From an uncultured delta proteobacterium (GTDB lineage Bacteria; Desulfobacterota; Desulfobacteria; Desulfobacterales; SpSt-501): 64,000 nt of DNA. The DNA lies in contig CAWBSC010000025.1 in assembly GCA_963791285.1 (NCBI GenBank), positions 92,520 through 156,519 of the forward strand, in the 5' to 3' direction. Below the pieces are notes generated by a model. It was given only the letters and a program-made list of their open reading frames with translations. It was not told the DNA's origin and made no database searches. Both the position numbers and the translations under genes were made by a program. Positions 28,696 through 37,781 of this stretch are shown here, piece by piece (the stretch's first letter is position 1; the number at the start of each line of letters is the position of its first letter).

Positions 28696-29547
28696 TCAGT
28701 TATTATTGGCATCGGCAAAATACTTGATCATCATCTCCCCGAGCTCCTTCGAACGCAGGGTGGCCGCCTCGACCGCGTTGATCAGGGTAGTGCGCAACCC
28801 GCCCTTTTCCAGGGTGTGGATGCCCGCGATGGCGGTGCCGCCGGGCGATGTGACCCGGTCCTTGAGCTGCCCCGGGTGCTCGCCCGTTTCCATCAGCATC
28901 TTGGCCGCGCCCATCACGGTTTGCGCCGCCAGGTACTGGGCGTCCTTGCGCGAGAGGCCCATCTTGACCCCTGCGTCGGCCAAGGCGTCCACGATGATGA
29001 AGATGTAGGCCGGTCCGCTGCCGCTCAGCCCCGTGATGGCGTCCATCAGGTAGTTCTCGCGCAGGAAGACCGTCTTGCCGACCGAGTTGAAGATGGACAT
29101 GGCGAGCTCGACATCCTCGCGACGCGCGTGCTTGCCTGCCGAGAGCGCGGTCGCCGACTCCTTGACCGAGGCGGCGATGTTGGGCATGACCCGGATCAGG
29201 CGCAGCTCCTTCTGCAGCAGCGACTCGATCGCGCGCAGCGGCACGCCGGCTGCGATCGAGACGACCAGCTTGGACATGTCGAGCAGATCCGCGGTCTCCT
29301 TCAGCACCTCGGCCATGAGCTGGGGTTTGACGGCGTAGATGAGGATCTCGCTCGCGCGCACGGCCTCGAGGTTGTCGGTCGACGTTTTGACCCCGTAGCG
29401 GGTGCGCAGCTCCTCGAGGCGCTCCTCGCGGGGGTCGGTGCAGATGATGTTCCCGGGCCGGGCCGACCCCGACAGCACGAGCCCGCTCACCAGCGCCTCG
29501 CCCATGTTGCCCGACCCGATAAAGCACAGCGTCTTGTCCTTCAGCAT
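28696..29547 (-). CDS. proC: pyrroline-5-carboxylate reductase
   Basis: Start at MLKDKTLCFIGSGNMGEALVSGL (ATG 29547, GGAGG upstream). The family block GLSGSGPAYIFIIVDALADAGV...VTSPGGTAIAGI is present. Confidence 0.9.
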   Translation of the reverse strand: MLKDKTLCFIGSGNMGEALVSGLVLSGSARPGNIICTDPREERLEELRTRYGVKTSTDNLEAVRASEILIYAVKPQLMAEVLKETADLLDMSKLVVSIAAGVPLRAIESLLQKELRLIRVMPNIAASVKESATALSAGKHARREDVELAMSIFNSVGKTVFLRENYLMDAITGLSGSGPAYIFIIVDALADAGVKMGLSRKDAQYLAAQTVMGAAKMLMETGEHPGQLKDRVTSPGGTAIAGIHTLEKGGLRTTLINAVEAATLRSKELGEMMIKYFADANNN

Positions 29548-29657
29548 GACCTCCGCCTCCCCGTGACGTGGATTGAGTCGGAACATGTAGAAACTCGACC
29601 TTGAATAGTCAAGGACAATGATGGGGCGCCGCGACAGGCGGCGGAGACGGCACGCTC

Positions 29658-29699
29658 TTGACAGCGCCGCAGCGAACGGGTTAGATATTGGTCTAACCA
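29658..29699 (+). promoter_or_regulatory. sigma70-like promoter with a GntR/FadR-type operator
   Basis: TTGACA (29658-29663), 17 nt, TTAGAT (29681-29686). The palindrome TGGTCTAACCA at 29689-29699 fits the GT-N-AC core typical of GntR-family operators. Lies between divergent proC and the GntR gene. Confidence 0.5.
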
Positions 29700-29726
29700 T
29701 TCTAACCGATCCCGCGAGAGTGCCGC

Positions 29727-30503
29727 ATGTTTCAATCCGCCAAGCCTACGAAAATCTTCCAGGATGTGGTGGCCCAGATCGAGGAGGCCATCCTGACCGG
29801 CCGACTGCAGACCGGGGAGACGCTGCCCTCGGAGCGCGAGCTGAAGGGCACCTTCCAGATCAGCCGGGGCACCTTGCGCGAGGCGCTGCGGGTGCTCGAG
29901 CAGAAGGGGCTGATCGAGATCCGCCTGGGCGTCGGCGGGGGTTCGGTCGTCAAGTCCGTCGAGGCCGGCTGCGTCAGCGAAAGCCTCGGCCTGCTCATCC
30001 GCTCGCAGAAGGTCTCGCTCAACCACCTGGCCGAATTCCGGGAGGAGCTGGAAGGCATCATTGCCGCCCAGGCGGCCGAACGACGCACCCCGGAGGACGT
30101 CGTGCGGTTGAACGCCCTGCTCGCGGAAGCGCGCGACTGCGTGGGCGCCGGGCCGGCCCGCCGGGACGAGTTTCTAGAGGCGGACAAGTGCATCCACCTG
30201 GCGGTGGCCGCCGCCACCGGCAACCCCCTGCACGTCAGCGTCCTGACCTCGATCCACGACAACATCCACCGCTACTACGACCGCTTCCTGTCGATGGACG
30301 GCGCCGAACTCGAGCAGAACTACCGAGACCTCTGCGACCTGGTGGCGGCCGTGACCCGCGGTTCGACCGCGGACGCGCGCCGCCTGGCCCAGGCGCACGT
30401 GGAGCGATTCAACCTGTTCATGCAACAGCGCGAGGCGCTGGAGTCGGCCGAGCCCGCACCTCGGGCCGGCCGGGCCGCGCCCCGCCGCAGGAGGCGACCA
30501 TGA
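29727..30503 (+). CDS. GntR-family transcriptional regulator, FadR-like C-terminal domain
   Basis: 258-aa ORF. Winged-HTH PSERELKGTFQISRGTLREALRVLEQKGLIEI, followed by an all-helical FCD-like domain. Confidence 0.88.
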   Translation: MFQSAKPTKIFQDVVAQIEEAILTGRLQTGETLPSERELKGTFQISRGTLREALRVLEQKGLIEIRLGVGGGSVVKSVEAGCVSESLGLLIRSQKVSLNHLAEFREELEGIIAAQAAERRTPEDVVRLNALLAEARDCVGAGPARRDEFLEADKCIHLAVAAATGNPLHVSVLTSIHDNIHRYYDRFLSMDGAELEQNYRDLCDLVAAVTRGSTADARRLAQAHVERFNLFMQQREALESAEPAPRAGRAAPRRRRRP

Positions 30504-32584
30504 CCCCCGGCAGAATCGACACCCACCCCGTCCTGACGGTGCCGGACCGGCGCCCGGTGGCGTTCACCTGGAACGGGGCGGCCCTCACCGGCTTCGAAAA
30601 CGAGATGCTCTCCTCGGCCCTGGTCGCCGCCGGGGTGCAGGTGTTCGGCCACCACCACAAGGACGGGAGCCCCCAGGGCCTCTTCTGCGCCAACGGCCAG
30701 TGCTCGCAGTGCCTGGTCATCGCCGACGGGCGGCCGGTCAAGGCCTGCATGACCCCCCTGCGCCCCGGGATGAGCGTCGCGTCGGTCGAGGGCCTGCCGC
30801 GGCTGCCGGCCGCAGACGCGCCGGCTGCGACCGCGGCGATCGAAACCGTCGCGCCCGATGTCCTGATCATCGGCGGCGGGCCGGCGGGGCTCTCGGCCGC
30901 GATCGAGCTGGGGAAACTCGGCGTCCGCACCCTGCTCATCGACGACAAGGACCGGCTGGGCGGCAAACTCGTGCTGCAGACCCACAAGTTCTTCGGCTCG
31001 GTCGAGGACTCCCATGCCGGGACCCGCGGCTTCGAGATCGGCGCCATCCTGGCCGAGGAGATCGGGCGGCTCCCTTCGGTCGAGGTCTGGCTCGACACCA
31101 CGGCCGTGGCGGTGTTCGCCGACCGGGTGGTGGGCGTCGTGCGCGGCGGGCGCTACGTCACCGTCCGTCCGCGGGCCCTGATGATCGCCACCGGCGCGCG
31201 CGAGCGCATGATCTCGTTCCCCGGCAACACCCTGCCGGGCGTCTACGGCGCCGGCGCCTTCCAGACCCTGGTCAACCGCGACCTGGTCAAGTCTTCGGAG
31301 CGCGTGCTCATCGTGGGCGGCGGCAACGTGGGGTTGATCGCCGGCTATCACGCCATCCAGGCCGGGATCGAGGTGGTCGCGCTGATCGAGGGGCTGCCCC
31401 AGGTCGGCGGCTACAAGGTGCACGCCGACAAGCTCGCGCGCCTGGGCGTCCCCATCTTCACCGCCCACACCATCGTCTGCGCCGCGGGCCGCGAGCGGGT
31501 CGAGTCGGCCACGATCGCCGCCCTCGACTCCGGCTGGAACGTCGTCCCGGGCACCGCGAAGCGCTTCGCGGTCGACACGGTCCTGATCGCCGTGGGGCTG
31601 GCCGAGGTGAACGAGTTCACCCTGAAGGCGAAGCAGTTCGGCATGGACGTCTTCCACGCGGGCGACGCCCAGGAGATCGCCGAGGCCTCGGCCGCCATGT
31701 TCACCGGCCGGATCGAGGGGCTCAAGATCGCCCGCCACCTCGGCGCGTACGAGGGCGAGGTCCCGCGCGAGTGGGACGAGAAGGCGGCCGTGCTGAAATC
31801 GCGCCCCGGGAAGGTCGCGCGGCGCGAACCGCCGCAGAAGGAGGACGGCGTCTTCCCGGTCTTCCACTGCTTCCAGGAAGTGCCCTGCAACCCGTGCACC
31901 TCGGTCTGCCCGAACCACTCCATCCGCACCGAGGGGGATCTCATCACCGGCCTGCCCTACCTCACCGACACCGACAGCTGCACCGGCTGCGCGGCCTGCG
32001 CAGCCGTCTGCCCGGGGCTCTCGATCACGCTGGTCGACTACCGCAAGGACCCGGAGCACCCGCTGGTGACCCTTCCCTACGAAATCCACCGCGACCGCGT
32101 CGAGCCCGGCCGGATGGTCCCGGTCACGGACGTGGACGGGGCGCTGCTCGGCCGCTTCCCGGTCGTAAAGGTCAAGGCCCGCAAGAAGTACCCCGGGACC
32201 CTGCTCGTGCAGGTGCGAGTCGACCGGGCGGTCGCCAAGCGCGCGGTCGGCATCTGGGTCCAGGAGCGCCAGGTCGACCCGGTGCCGATCTACGCCAAGG
32301 CGCCCCCGGCCGACGAGGCCGTCATCTGCCGCTGCGAGCGCGTCACCGCCGGCGACATCCGGGCGGCCATCCGCGCCGGCGTGCGCGACCTGAACCAGCT
32401 CAAGGCGCTCACCCGCGCCGGCATGGGGGCCTGCGGCTCCAAGACCTGCCGCCCCATGATCTGGCGCCTGTTCAAGGAGGAGGGAGTGGACCTCGGCACC
32501 GTCACCGACCGCGTGGACCGGCCGCTCTTCGTGGAGGTCCCGATCGGCGCCTTCGCCGGGACCCGGGAGGACTCTCATGACTGA
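30500..32584 (+). CDS. multidomain iron-sulfur flavoprotein, HcnA+HcnB / sarcosine-oxidase-alpha / PDH1-alpha-like (2Fe-2S, FAD/NAD(P) oxidoreductase, 2x4Fe-4S, BFD-like 2Fe-2S)
   Basis: ATG 30500 overlaps the GntR stop (ATGA), with AGGAGG upstream. N-terminal CANGQCSQCLV...KAC. Dinucleotide folds VLIIGGGPAGLSAA and VLIVGGGNVGLIAG. Ferredoxin-type motifs CNPCTSVCP and CTGCAACAAVCPG. BFD-like ICRCERVTAGDI...GACGSKTC. Confidence 0.8.
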   Translation: MTPGRIDTHPVLTVPDRRPVAFTWNGAALTGFENEMLSSALVAAGVQVFGHHHKDGSPQGLFCANGQCSQCLVIADGRPVKACMTPLRPGMSVASVEGLPRLPAADAPAATAAIETVAPDVLIIGGGPAGLSAAIELGKLGVRTLLIDDKDRLGGKLVLQTHKFFGSVEDSHAGTRGFEIGAILAEEIGRLPSVEVWLDTTAVAVFADRVVGVVRGGRYVTVRPRALMIATGARERMISFPGNTLPGVYGAGAFQTLVNRDLVKSSERVLIVGGGNVGLIAGYHAIQAGIEVVALIEGLPQVGGYKVHADKLARLGVPIFTAHTIVCAAGRERVESATIAALDSGWNVVPGTAKRFAVDTVLIAVGLAEVNEFTLKAKQFGMDVFHAGDAQEIAEASAAMFTGRIEGLKIARHLGAYEGEVPREWDEKAAVLKSRPGKVARREPPQKEDGVFPVFHCFQEVPCNPCTSVCPNHSIRTEGDLITGLPYLTDTDSCTGCAACAAVCPGLSITLVDYRKDPEHPLVTLPYEIHRDRVEPGRMVPVTDVDGALLGRFPVVKVKARKKYPGTLLVQVRVDRAVAKRAVGIWVQERQVDPVPIYAKAPPADEAVICRCERVTAGDIRAAIRAGVRDLNQLKALTRAGMGACGSKTCRPMIWRLFKEEGVDLGTVTDRVDRPLFVEVPIGAFAGTREDSHD

Positions 32585-33733
32585 AACCTACGACGCGATC
32601 GTGGTCGGCGCGGGGTCGGTCGGCATCCCGACCGCCATGGCACTCGGCGCGCGGGGGCTGCGCACGCTCGTCGTGGACCAGCACGCTTCCCCCGGCCAGG
32701 GCGAGAACAAGCACGCCATCGGCGGGGTGCGGGCCACGCACTCCGCGCCCGGGAAGATCCTGACCTGCATGCGCTCGATCCAGATCCTCTCGACCTGGAA
32801 GGAACTGCACGGGGACGACATCGAGTGGCTGCAGGGCGGCTACCTCTACCCGGTCTACCGCGAGGGCGACGCGGAGCTCTTGAAAAACCTGCTGCCGCTG
32901 CAGAAGTCCCACGGCCTGAAAATCGACTTCCTCGGCCCCGGCGAGGTGGCCTCCATCCTGCCGGGCATCGCAACCGAGGGGCTGCTCGGCGGGACCTTCG
33001 CCCCCGAGGACGGCTCCATGTCGCCGCTCCTGGTGGTGAACGCGTTTTACCGCCACGCGCTCGCCCACGGGGTCGCGTTCCGCTTCAAGGAGCGGGTCAC
33101 CGGCCTGCGGGTCGAGGGCGGGCGGGTCGCCGGGGTCGATACCGACCGCGGCCGGTACGAGTCCCCCGTGGTCGTGGACGCGGCCGGCCCGCTGTCGGCC
33201 GAGCTCAACGGGACGGCGGGCGTGCGCATCCCCGTGGTCCCGGACTGCCACGAGGCGGCCATCACCGAGCCGGTGCAGTCGTTCTTCCGGTGCATGGTGG
33301 TCGACATCCGGCCGGCGCCCGGCTCGAAGAACTTCTACTTCTACCAGAACCCGCACGGCCAGGTGGTCTTCTGCATCACCCCCGACCCGCCCATCGTGGG
33401 CACCGACCGCCGCGAGACCTCGGCCTTCCTGCCCCAGGTCTGCACGCCGGCTGGTCCACCTGCTGCCGCGCCTCGGCAACCTGCGGGTGCGCCGCACCTG
33501 GCGCGGGCTCTACCCCATGACCCCCGACGGCTCGCCGATCGTGGGCTGGAACCGGGAGGTCCAGGGCCTGCTGCACGCCACGGGCATGTGCGGCCAGGGC
33601 CTGATGCTCGGGCTCGGGGGTCGGCGAGATCGTCGCCCGCCTGGTCGCGGGCGCACCCGACCTGGACGACGAGACCATTCTGCGCGAGTTCTCGCCCTAC
33701 CGCGAGTTCAAGGGGATGGAGAAGCTGAAGTGA
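32577..33733 (+). pseudogene. FAD-dependent oxidoreductase, DAO family (HcnC / sarcosine-oxidase-beta / proline-dehydrogenase-beta-like), 2 frameshifts in this assembly
   Basis: MTETYDAIVVGAGSVGIPTAMALG. After an extra base near 33443 the sense continues in ORF 33487.. (RRTWRGLYPMTPDGSPIVGW...ATGMCGQGLMLG). After an extra G in a G-run near 33615 it ends ...EFSPYREFKGMEKLK, with TGA at 33731. Confidence 0.8.
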
Positions 33734-33740
33734 TGGAGCA

Positions 33741-33907
33741 TTCGGTGTCTTGGTGTTCAGGCATTTTGGTGTTTGGTGGCTTGTTGAACTTGCCGGTTGA
33801 TACGAACATCCGATCAACCCACCGCCTCTGCGCCTAAATACCCAATCACCCAAACACCTAAATACCCAAATACCTAAATACCCAGACACCCAAACACCTA
33901 AATACCC
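33741..33907. repeat. asymmetric GT-rich / CA-rich repeat hairpin, (CACCCAAA/CCTAAATA)n family
   Basis: The left arm TTCGGTGTCTTGGTGTTCAGGCATTTTGGTGTTTGGTGG (33741-33779) faces a 75-nt right arm CCTAAATACCCAATCACCCAAACACCTAAATACCCAAATACCTAAATACCCAGACACCCAAACACCTAAATACCC (33833-33907). An inner hairpin GGTTGAT...ATCAACC lies at 33795-33819. The element ends 35 nt before the aor start. Confidence 0.85.
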
Positions 33908-33942
33908 TTACACCTCGCGCGCAGCGCGAAAAGGAGCCCCCC

Positions 33943-36087
33943 ATGTCCACTTACGAGCTGAAACCCCTCAAGACCTTCGAGTACCGGCGGCCCGAGATCG
34001 ACAAGGGCTATGCCGGCCAGACCTTGCGGGTGGACCTGTCCGACGGCTCGATCACGACCCAGCCGGTCACCGCCCAGATGAAGCAGATGTTCATCGGCGG
34101 GAAGGGGTTCGACCTGTGGCTGCTGTGGAACGCGGTCACCCCCCGCACGCGCTGGGACGACCCGGAGAACGCCGTCTGCATTGCCTGCGGCCCGCTCGGC
34201 GGGACACCGGCCTACCCCGGTTCGGGCAAGAGCATCGCGGTCACGCTCTCGCCCCTGACGGGGGCCCCCATCGACTCGAACGTGGGGGGCTACTTCGGCC
34301 CCTACCTCAAGTTTGCGGGCTTCGACGCCCTCGAGCTGCGCGGCAAGACGGACTCCGGCCTGATCGTGTTCGTCGACGGCATCGAGAGCAAGGTGCACCT
34401 CTACCGGGGCACCGGCCTGCCGGAAGACTCGTACGCGCTCTCCGAGGTGCTGACCGCGCACTTCGCCCAGGGCAAGCCGCGCGACATCTCGGTCGTCTCG
34501 ACCGGCCCGGCCGCCCGCCACACGCTTTTCGGCTGCCTCAACTTCAGCTGGTACGACCCCAAGCGCAAGCGCGCCCGCTACAAGCAGGCAGGCCGCGGCG
34601 GGGTCGGGACGGTCTTCGCCCACAAGGGGATCAAGGCCCTGGTGGCCCGCTGGGACGCGGGCGTCAAGGTCGAGACCAACCGGCCGGCCGACGCCGAGCG
34701 CGTCAAGAAGGTGGCCCGGCTGCACGCCAAGGAAATCGTCGAGCTCGATCCCAAGCAGAACGAGATGGCCAAGATCGGCACAACCCATATCGTGACCATC
34801 ATGAACGACCACGACCTGCTGCCGACGCACAACTTCCGTTTCGGCCAGCACCGCGAGGCCGCCAACCTCGGCCAGGCCGTCTACCGCCGCATGTTCGACC
34901 CCGGCTACGACGGCTGCTGGATGGGCTGCACGGTCGCCTGCTCCCACGGGGTGCGGGATTTCACGCCCATGAGCGGGCCGTACGCGGGGCGCAGGGTCTT
35001 CGTCGACGGCCCGGAATACGAGACCGTCGCCGGCTGCGGGTCGCTGCTCGGCATCTTCGACGCGCACACGGTGACCGAGATCAACTTCTACTGCGACGCC
35101 TACGGGCTGGACACGATTTCGGTCGGGACGTCCATCGCCTTCGCCATGGAGTGTTACGAGATGGGGCTGATCGGGGCGAAGCAGACCGGCGGCCTCGAGC
35201 TCTACTTCGGCAACCGCGCGGCGGCCCTCGAGATCGTGCACCAGATGGCCCGCGGCGATGGGTTCGGCCGGATCGTCGGCGAGGGGGTGCGGCGCATGAA
35301 GGCCCGCTTCGCCGCCGAGTTCGGGGCCGACGCCGCGCTCATGGCCGACATCGGGATGGAGTCCAAGGGGCTCGAGTTCTCGGAGTACATGACCAAGGAA
35401 TCCCTCGCCCAGCAGGGCGGGTACGGTCTCGCGCTCAAGGGCCCGCAGCACGACGAAGCCTGGCTCATCTTCCTCGACATGGTGCACAACTTCATGCCGA
35501 CCTTCGAGCAGAAGGCCGAGGCGCTGCACTGGTTCCCGATGTTCCGCACCTGGTTCGGGCTCTGCGGGCTGTGCAAGCTGCCCTGGAACGACATCACCCC
35601 CGAGGACAACAAGGACACCCCCGAACCGGCCAAGGTCATGAAGCACGTCCAGTGGTATGCCGAGTACTTCAGCGCGGTCACGGGCCGGAACGCCGGGCCC
35701 GACGACCTCATCCGCATGAGCGAGGTGGTGTACACCTTCCAGCGGGTGTTCAACCTGCGCATGGGCTTCGGCCGGCGCGCGCATGACACCCTGCCCTACC
35801 GGGCGATCGGGCCGGTGACGGAGATCGAGTACGAGTCGCGCGTCGAGCGGTATGACACGCAGCTCACCGAGACGGTCAAAGCGGACATCGCCGGGCGGAC
35901 CACGGCCGAAAAGGTGCAGATGCTGCGCCGCTACCGCGAGGCCCAGTACGAGCGGCTCAAGGACGCGGTCTACCGGCGTCGCGGCTGGACCCCGGACGGT
36001 ATCCCCACGCTCGCCACGGTCACGCGGCTGGGGATCGACTTCCCGGAGGTCGTGGCGCTGCTGAAGGCCAACGGGGTGACGGCGTGA
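33943..36087 (+). CDS. aor: aldehyde:ferredoxin oxidoreductase family (tungstopterin enzyme)
   Basis: Intact 714-aa ORF. The N-terminal YAGQTLRVDLS...GGKGFDLWLLW and the Cys-rich DGCWMGCTVACSHG are typical of the AOR family. Confidence 0.9.
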   Translation: MSTYELKPLKTFEYRRPEIDKGYAGQTLRVDLSDGSITTQPVTAQMKQMFIGGKGFDLWLLWNAVTPRTRWDDPENAVCIACGPLGGTPAYPGSGKSIAVTLSPLTGAPIDSNVGGYFGPYLKFAGFDALELRGKTDSGLIVFVDGIESKVHLYRGTGLPEDSYALSEVLTAHFAQGKPRDISVVSTGPAARHTLFGCLNFSWYDPKRKRARYKQAGRGGVGTVFAHKGIKALVARWDAGVKVETNRPADAERVKKVARLHAKEIVELDPKQNEMAKIGTTHIVTIMNDHDLLPTHNFRFGQHREAANLGQAVYRRMFDPGYDGCWMGCTVACSHGVRDFTPMSGPYAGRRVFVDGPEYETVAGCGSLLGIFDAHTVTEINFYCDAYGLDTISVGTSIAFAMECYEMGLIGAKQTGGLELYFGNRAAALEIVHQMARGDGFGRIVGEGVRRMKARFAAEFGADAALMADIGMESKGLEFSEYMTKESLAQQGGYGLALKGPQHDEAWLIFLDMVHNFMPTFEQKAEALHWFPMFRTWFGLCGLCKLPWNDITPEDNKDTPEPAKVMKHVQWYAEYFSAVTGRNAGPDDLIRMSEVVYTFQRVFNLRMGFGRRAHDTLPYRAIGPVTEIEYESRVERYDTQLTETVKADIAGRTTAEKVQMLRRYREAQYERLKDAVYRRRGWTPDGIPTLATVTRLGIDFPEVVALLKANGVTA

Positions 36088-36281
36088 TCCGCGTCGGCGA
36101 CCGGGAACGTCCCTGGCGGGAGGGGATGACGATCGCCGACGTGCTGCGTGAGTGCGCCGACGCCGGGGACACGCCGGTCGTGCGCCTGGACGAGCACTAC
36201 GTCTCACGCCGGGACTTCGCCTCCACCCCGGTGCCGGACGGCTGCCAGATCTATCTGCTCCCCACGATCGCCGGCGGCTAA
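36084..36281 (+). CDS. MoaD/ThiS-family ubiquitin-like sulfur-carrier protein
   Basis: 65 aa ending ...LLPTIAGG. The GTG start overlaps the aor stop (GTGA). Confidence 0.72.
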   Translation: MIRVGDRERPWREGMTIADVLRECADAGDTPVVRLDEHYVSRRDFASTPVPDGCQIYLLPTIAGG

Positions 36282-36410
36282 GGGGGCGACTTCGCCGAAA
36301 GCCCAAGCTCTGCGTTGTGCTTCGCCTCGAGGGCGCTGCGGCGTACTCCCAGTACGCCTCGCGCCGCAAGGCTTGCACGCCTTGATCTTGGCCTTTGGGC
36401 AAAGTCGTCC
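36282..36410. repeat. ~125-bp palindromic element, family PR-2
   Basis: GCGACTTCGCCGAAAGCCCAAG...GCGGCGTACTCCCAGTACGCC...CTTGGCCTTTGGGCAAAGTCG. Starts directly after the MoaD-like stop. Homologous to 11428-11545. Confidence 0.75.
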
Positions 36411-36437
36411 GACTCCCTACAGAGCCATTGAACCATA

Positions 36438-36474
36438 CCGCGCGCCTTGGCTGACGGCCCGACACTTGGTTCTC
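36438..36474 (-). repeat. PR-1 family end fragment
   Basis: CCGCGCGCCTTGGCTGACGGCCCGACACTTGGTTCTC matches the reversed left end of PR-1 copies (compare 23854-23891). Confidence 0.55.
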
Positions 36475-36625
36475 AGCCGCCTGCCGCGCCACAAGAGAGT
36501 GTGTTTCTACCTGCCCGACGCCTCAAGGCTCGCCCGCCCTGATCTTAAGCCTTTTTTTGAAGTCGCCCGCCCGCAGCGCCCTACCGTTTCACCGCCCGGC
36601 AGCCCTCTAAGTCCCCCTCCTCATA

Positions 36626-36654
36626 ATGAATCGTCGCCGCAGGCGACGATTCAT
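36626..36654. other. perfect 13-bp-stem palindrome
   Basis: ATGAATCGTCGCC GCA GGCGACGATTCAT, sitting 7 nt upstream of the putative -35 box at 36661. Confidence 0.8.
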
Positions 36655-36660
36655 GGCGAT

Positions 36661-36689
36661 TTGCATTCGAACCGCGTTGGTGATAAATT
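36661..36689 (+). promoter_or_regulatory. possible sigma70-like promoter upstream of yggT
   Basis: TTGCAT (36661-36666), 17 nt, TAAATT (36684-36689), in a locally AT-rich patch. It would give a ~195-nt leader. Confidence 0.3.
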
Positions 36690-36890
36690 TTTTAATAGCA
36701 TAGCGGACCCTGCCCCTGCCGGCGGCGACCGTCGTCTGCCCGTGCCCGCCTCAAGTTTTCCTGCGATCGGCCGAAAATGGTTGTGTGCGGGTGCCGGCGC
36801 AGCGGCGACGTCGCCCCCACGGTCGCCTGTTGTGAGCCGGCGCACAGGGACCCGCGCCACACTCTCAACCTCATTCACGCCGGGGAGGCC

Positions 36891-37193
36891 ATGTCGATTC
36901 TGGGAAGCAACTTTCTCGACGCCGCCGCGAACGTTCTCGGGTTTGCGCTCAACATGTACATGTGGATCATCATCGCGCGCGCCGTGCTGTCCTGGGTGAG
37001 CCCGGACCCGTACAACCCCATCGTGCGGTTCGTCCACACCGTGACCGAGCCGGTACTCTACCAGGTGCGGCGACGGCTGCCGGCGTCCTTCGGCGGCATG
37101 GACCTGTCGCCGGTGATCGTCCTCATGGTGATCATGTTCCTGGAGCGCTTCGTGGTGGACAGCCTCCACCAACTGGCTGCCGGCGTGCGGTAG
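36891..37193 (+). CDS. yggT: YggT family membrane protein
   Basis: 100 aa from ATG 36891 (GGGGAGG upstream). MYMWIIIARAVLSWVSPDPYNPIVRFVHTVTEPVL is the typical YggT motif. Confidence 0.82.
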   Translation: MSILGSNFLDAAANVLGFALNMYMWIIIARAVLSWVSPDPYNPIVRFVHTVTEPVLYQVRRRLPASFGGMDLSPVIVLMVIMFLERFVVDSLHQLAAGVR

Positions 37194-37214
37194 CCCAACA
37201 GGAGACCCTCACCC

Positions 37215-37721
37215 ATGGCACTCACACCGCTTGACATCCAGCAGCAGCGCTTCCGGACGGCGTTCCGGGGCTACGAGACCAAGGAGGTCGAGACCTTTCT
37301 CGAGCAGGCGGCGGCCGCCTTCGAGGACCTGCAGCGCGAGACCCTGCGCCTGAACGAAGAGCTCACGCGGTCCGCGGCGGAGATCGAGGAGTTCAAGCGC
37401 CGCGAGGGCACGATCAAGCGCGCCCTGCTCCACTCCCAGAAGGTTCTTGACCAGATGCAGGAAAACGCCCGCCGCGAGGCCGACGTCATCGTGGCCGAAG
37501 CGGAAAACAAGGCCGAAAAGCTCCTGCAGCACACCCAGAGCCGGGTCGCGCAGCTGCAGGAGTCGGTCGCGGAGCTCAAGCGCCAGCGAATCCAGGCCGA
37601 AGCGGAGATCACCTTCGTGATCGAGTCCCACCGCAAGCTCCTCGAGGCCGGGCGCGCCGCCACCCGCGGGTTGGACGAGATGGACGACAAGCTGAAGATC
37701 CTCAAGACGGCCAACTCGTAA
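37215..37721 (+). CDS. divIVA: DivIVA domain-containing protein
   Basis: 168 aa. MALTPLDIQQQRFRTAFRGYETKEVETFL is the canonical DivIVA N-terminus, followed by coiled coil. Confidence 0.85.
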   Translation: MALTPLDIQQQRFRTAFRGYETKEVETFLEQAAAAFEDLQRETLRLNEELTRSAAEIEEFKRREGTIKRALLHSQKVLDQMQENARREADVIVAEAENKAEKLLQHTQSRVAQLQESVAELKRQRIQAEAEITFVIESHRKLLEAGRAATRGLDEMDDKLKILKTANS

Positions 37722-37781
37722 CCGGCCGCCGCAGCCGGACGGGCAACCCGCCCCTCGACGGAAAGGCACTGAAGGGCACCT

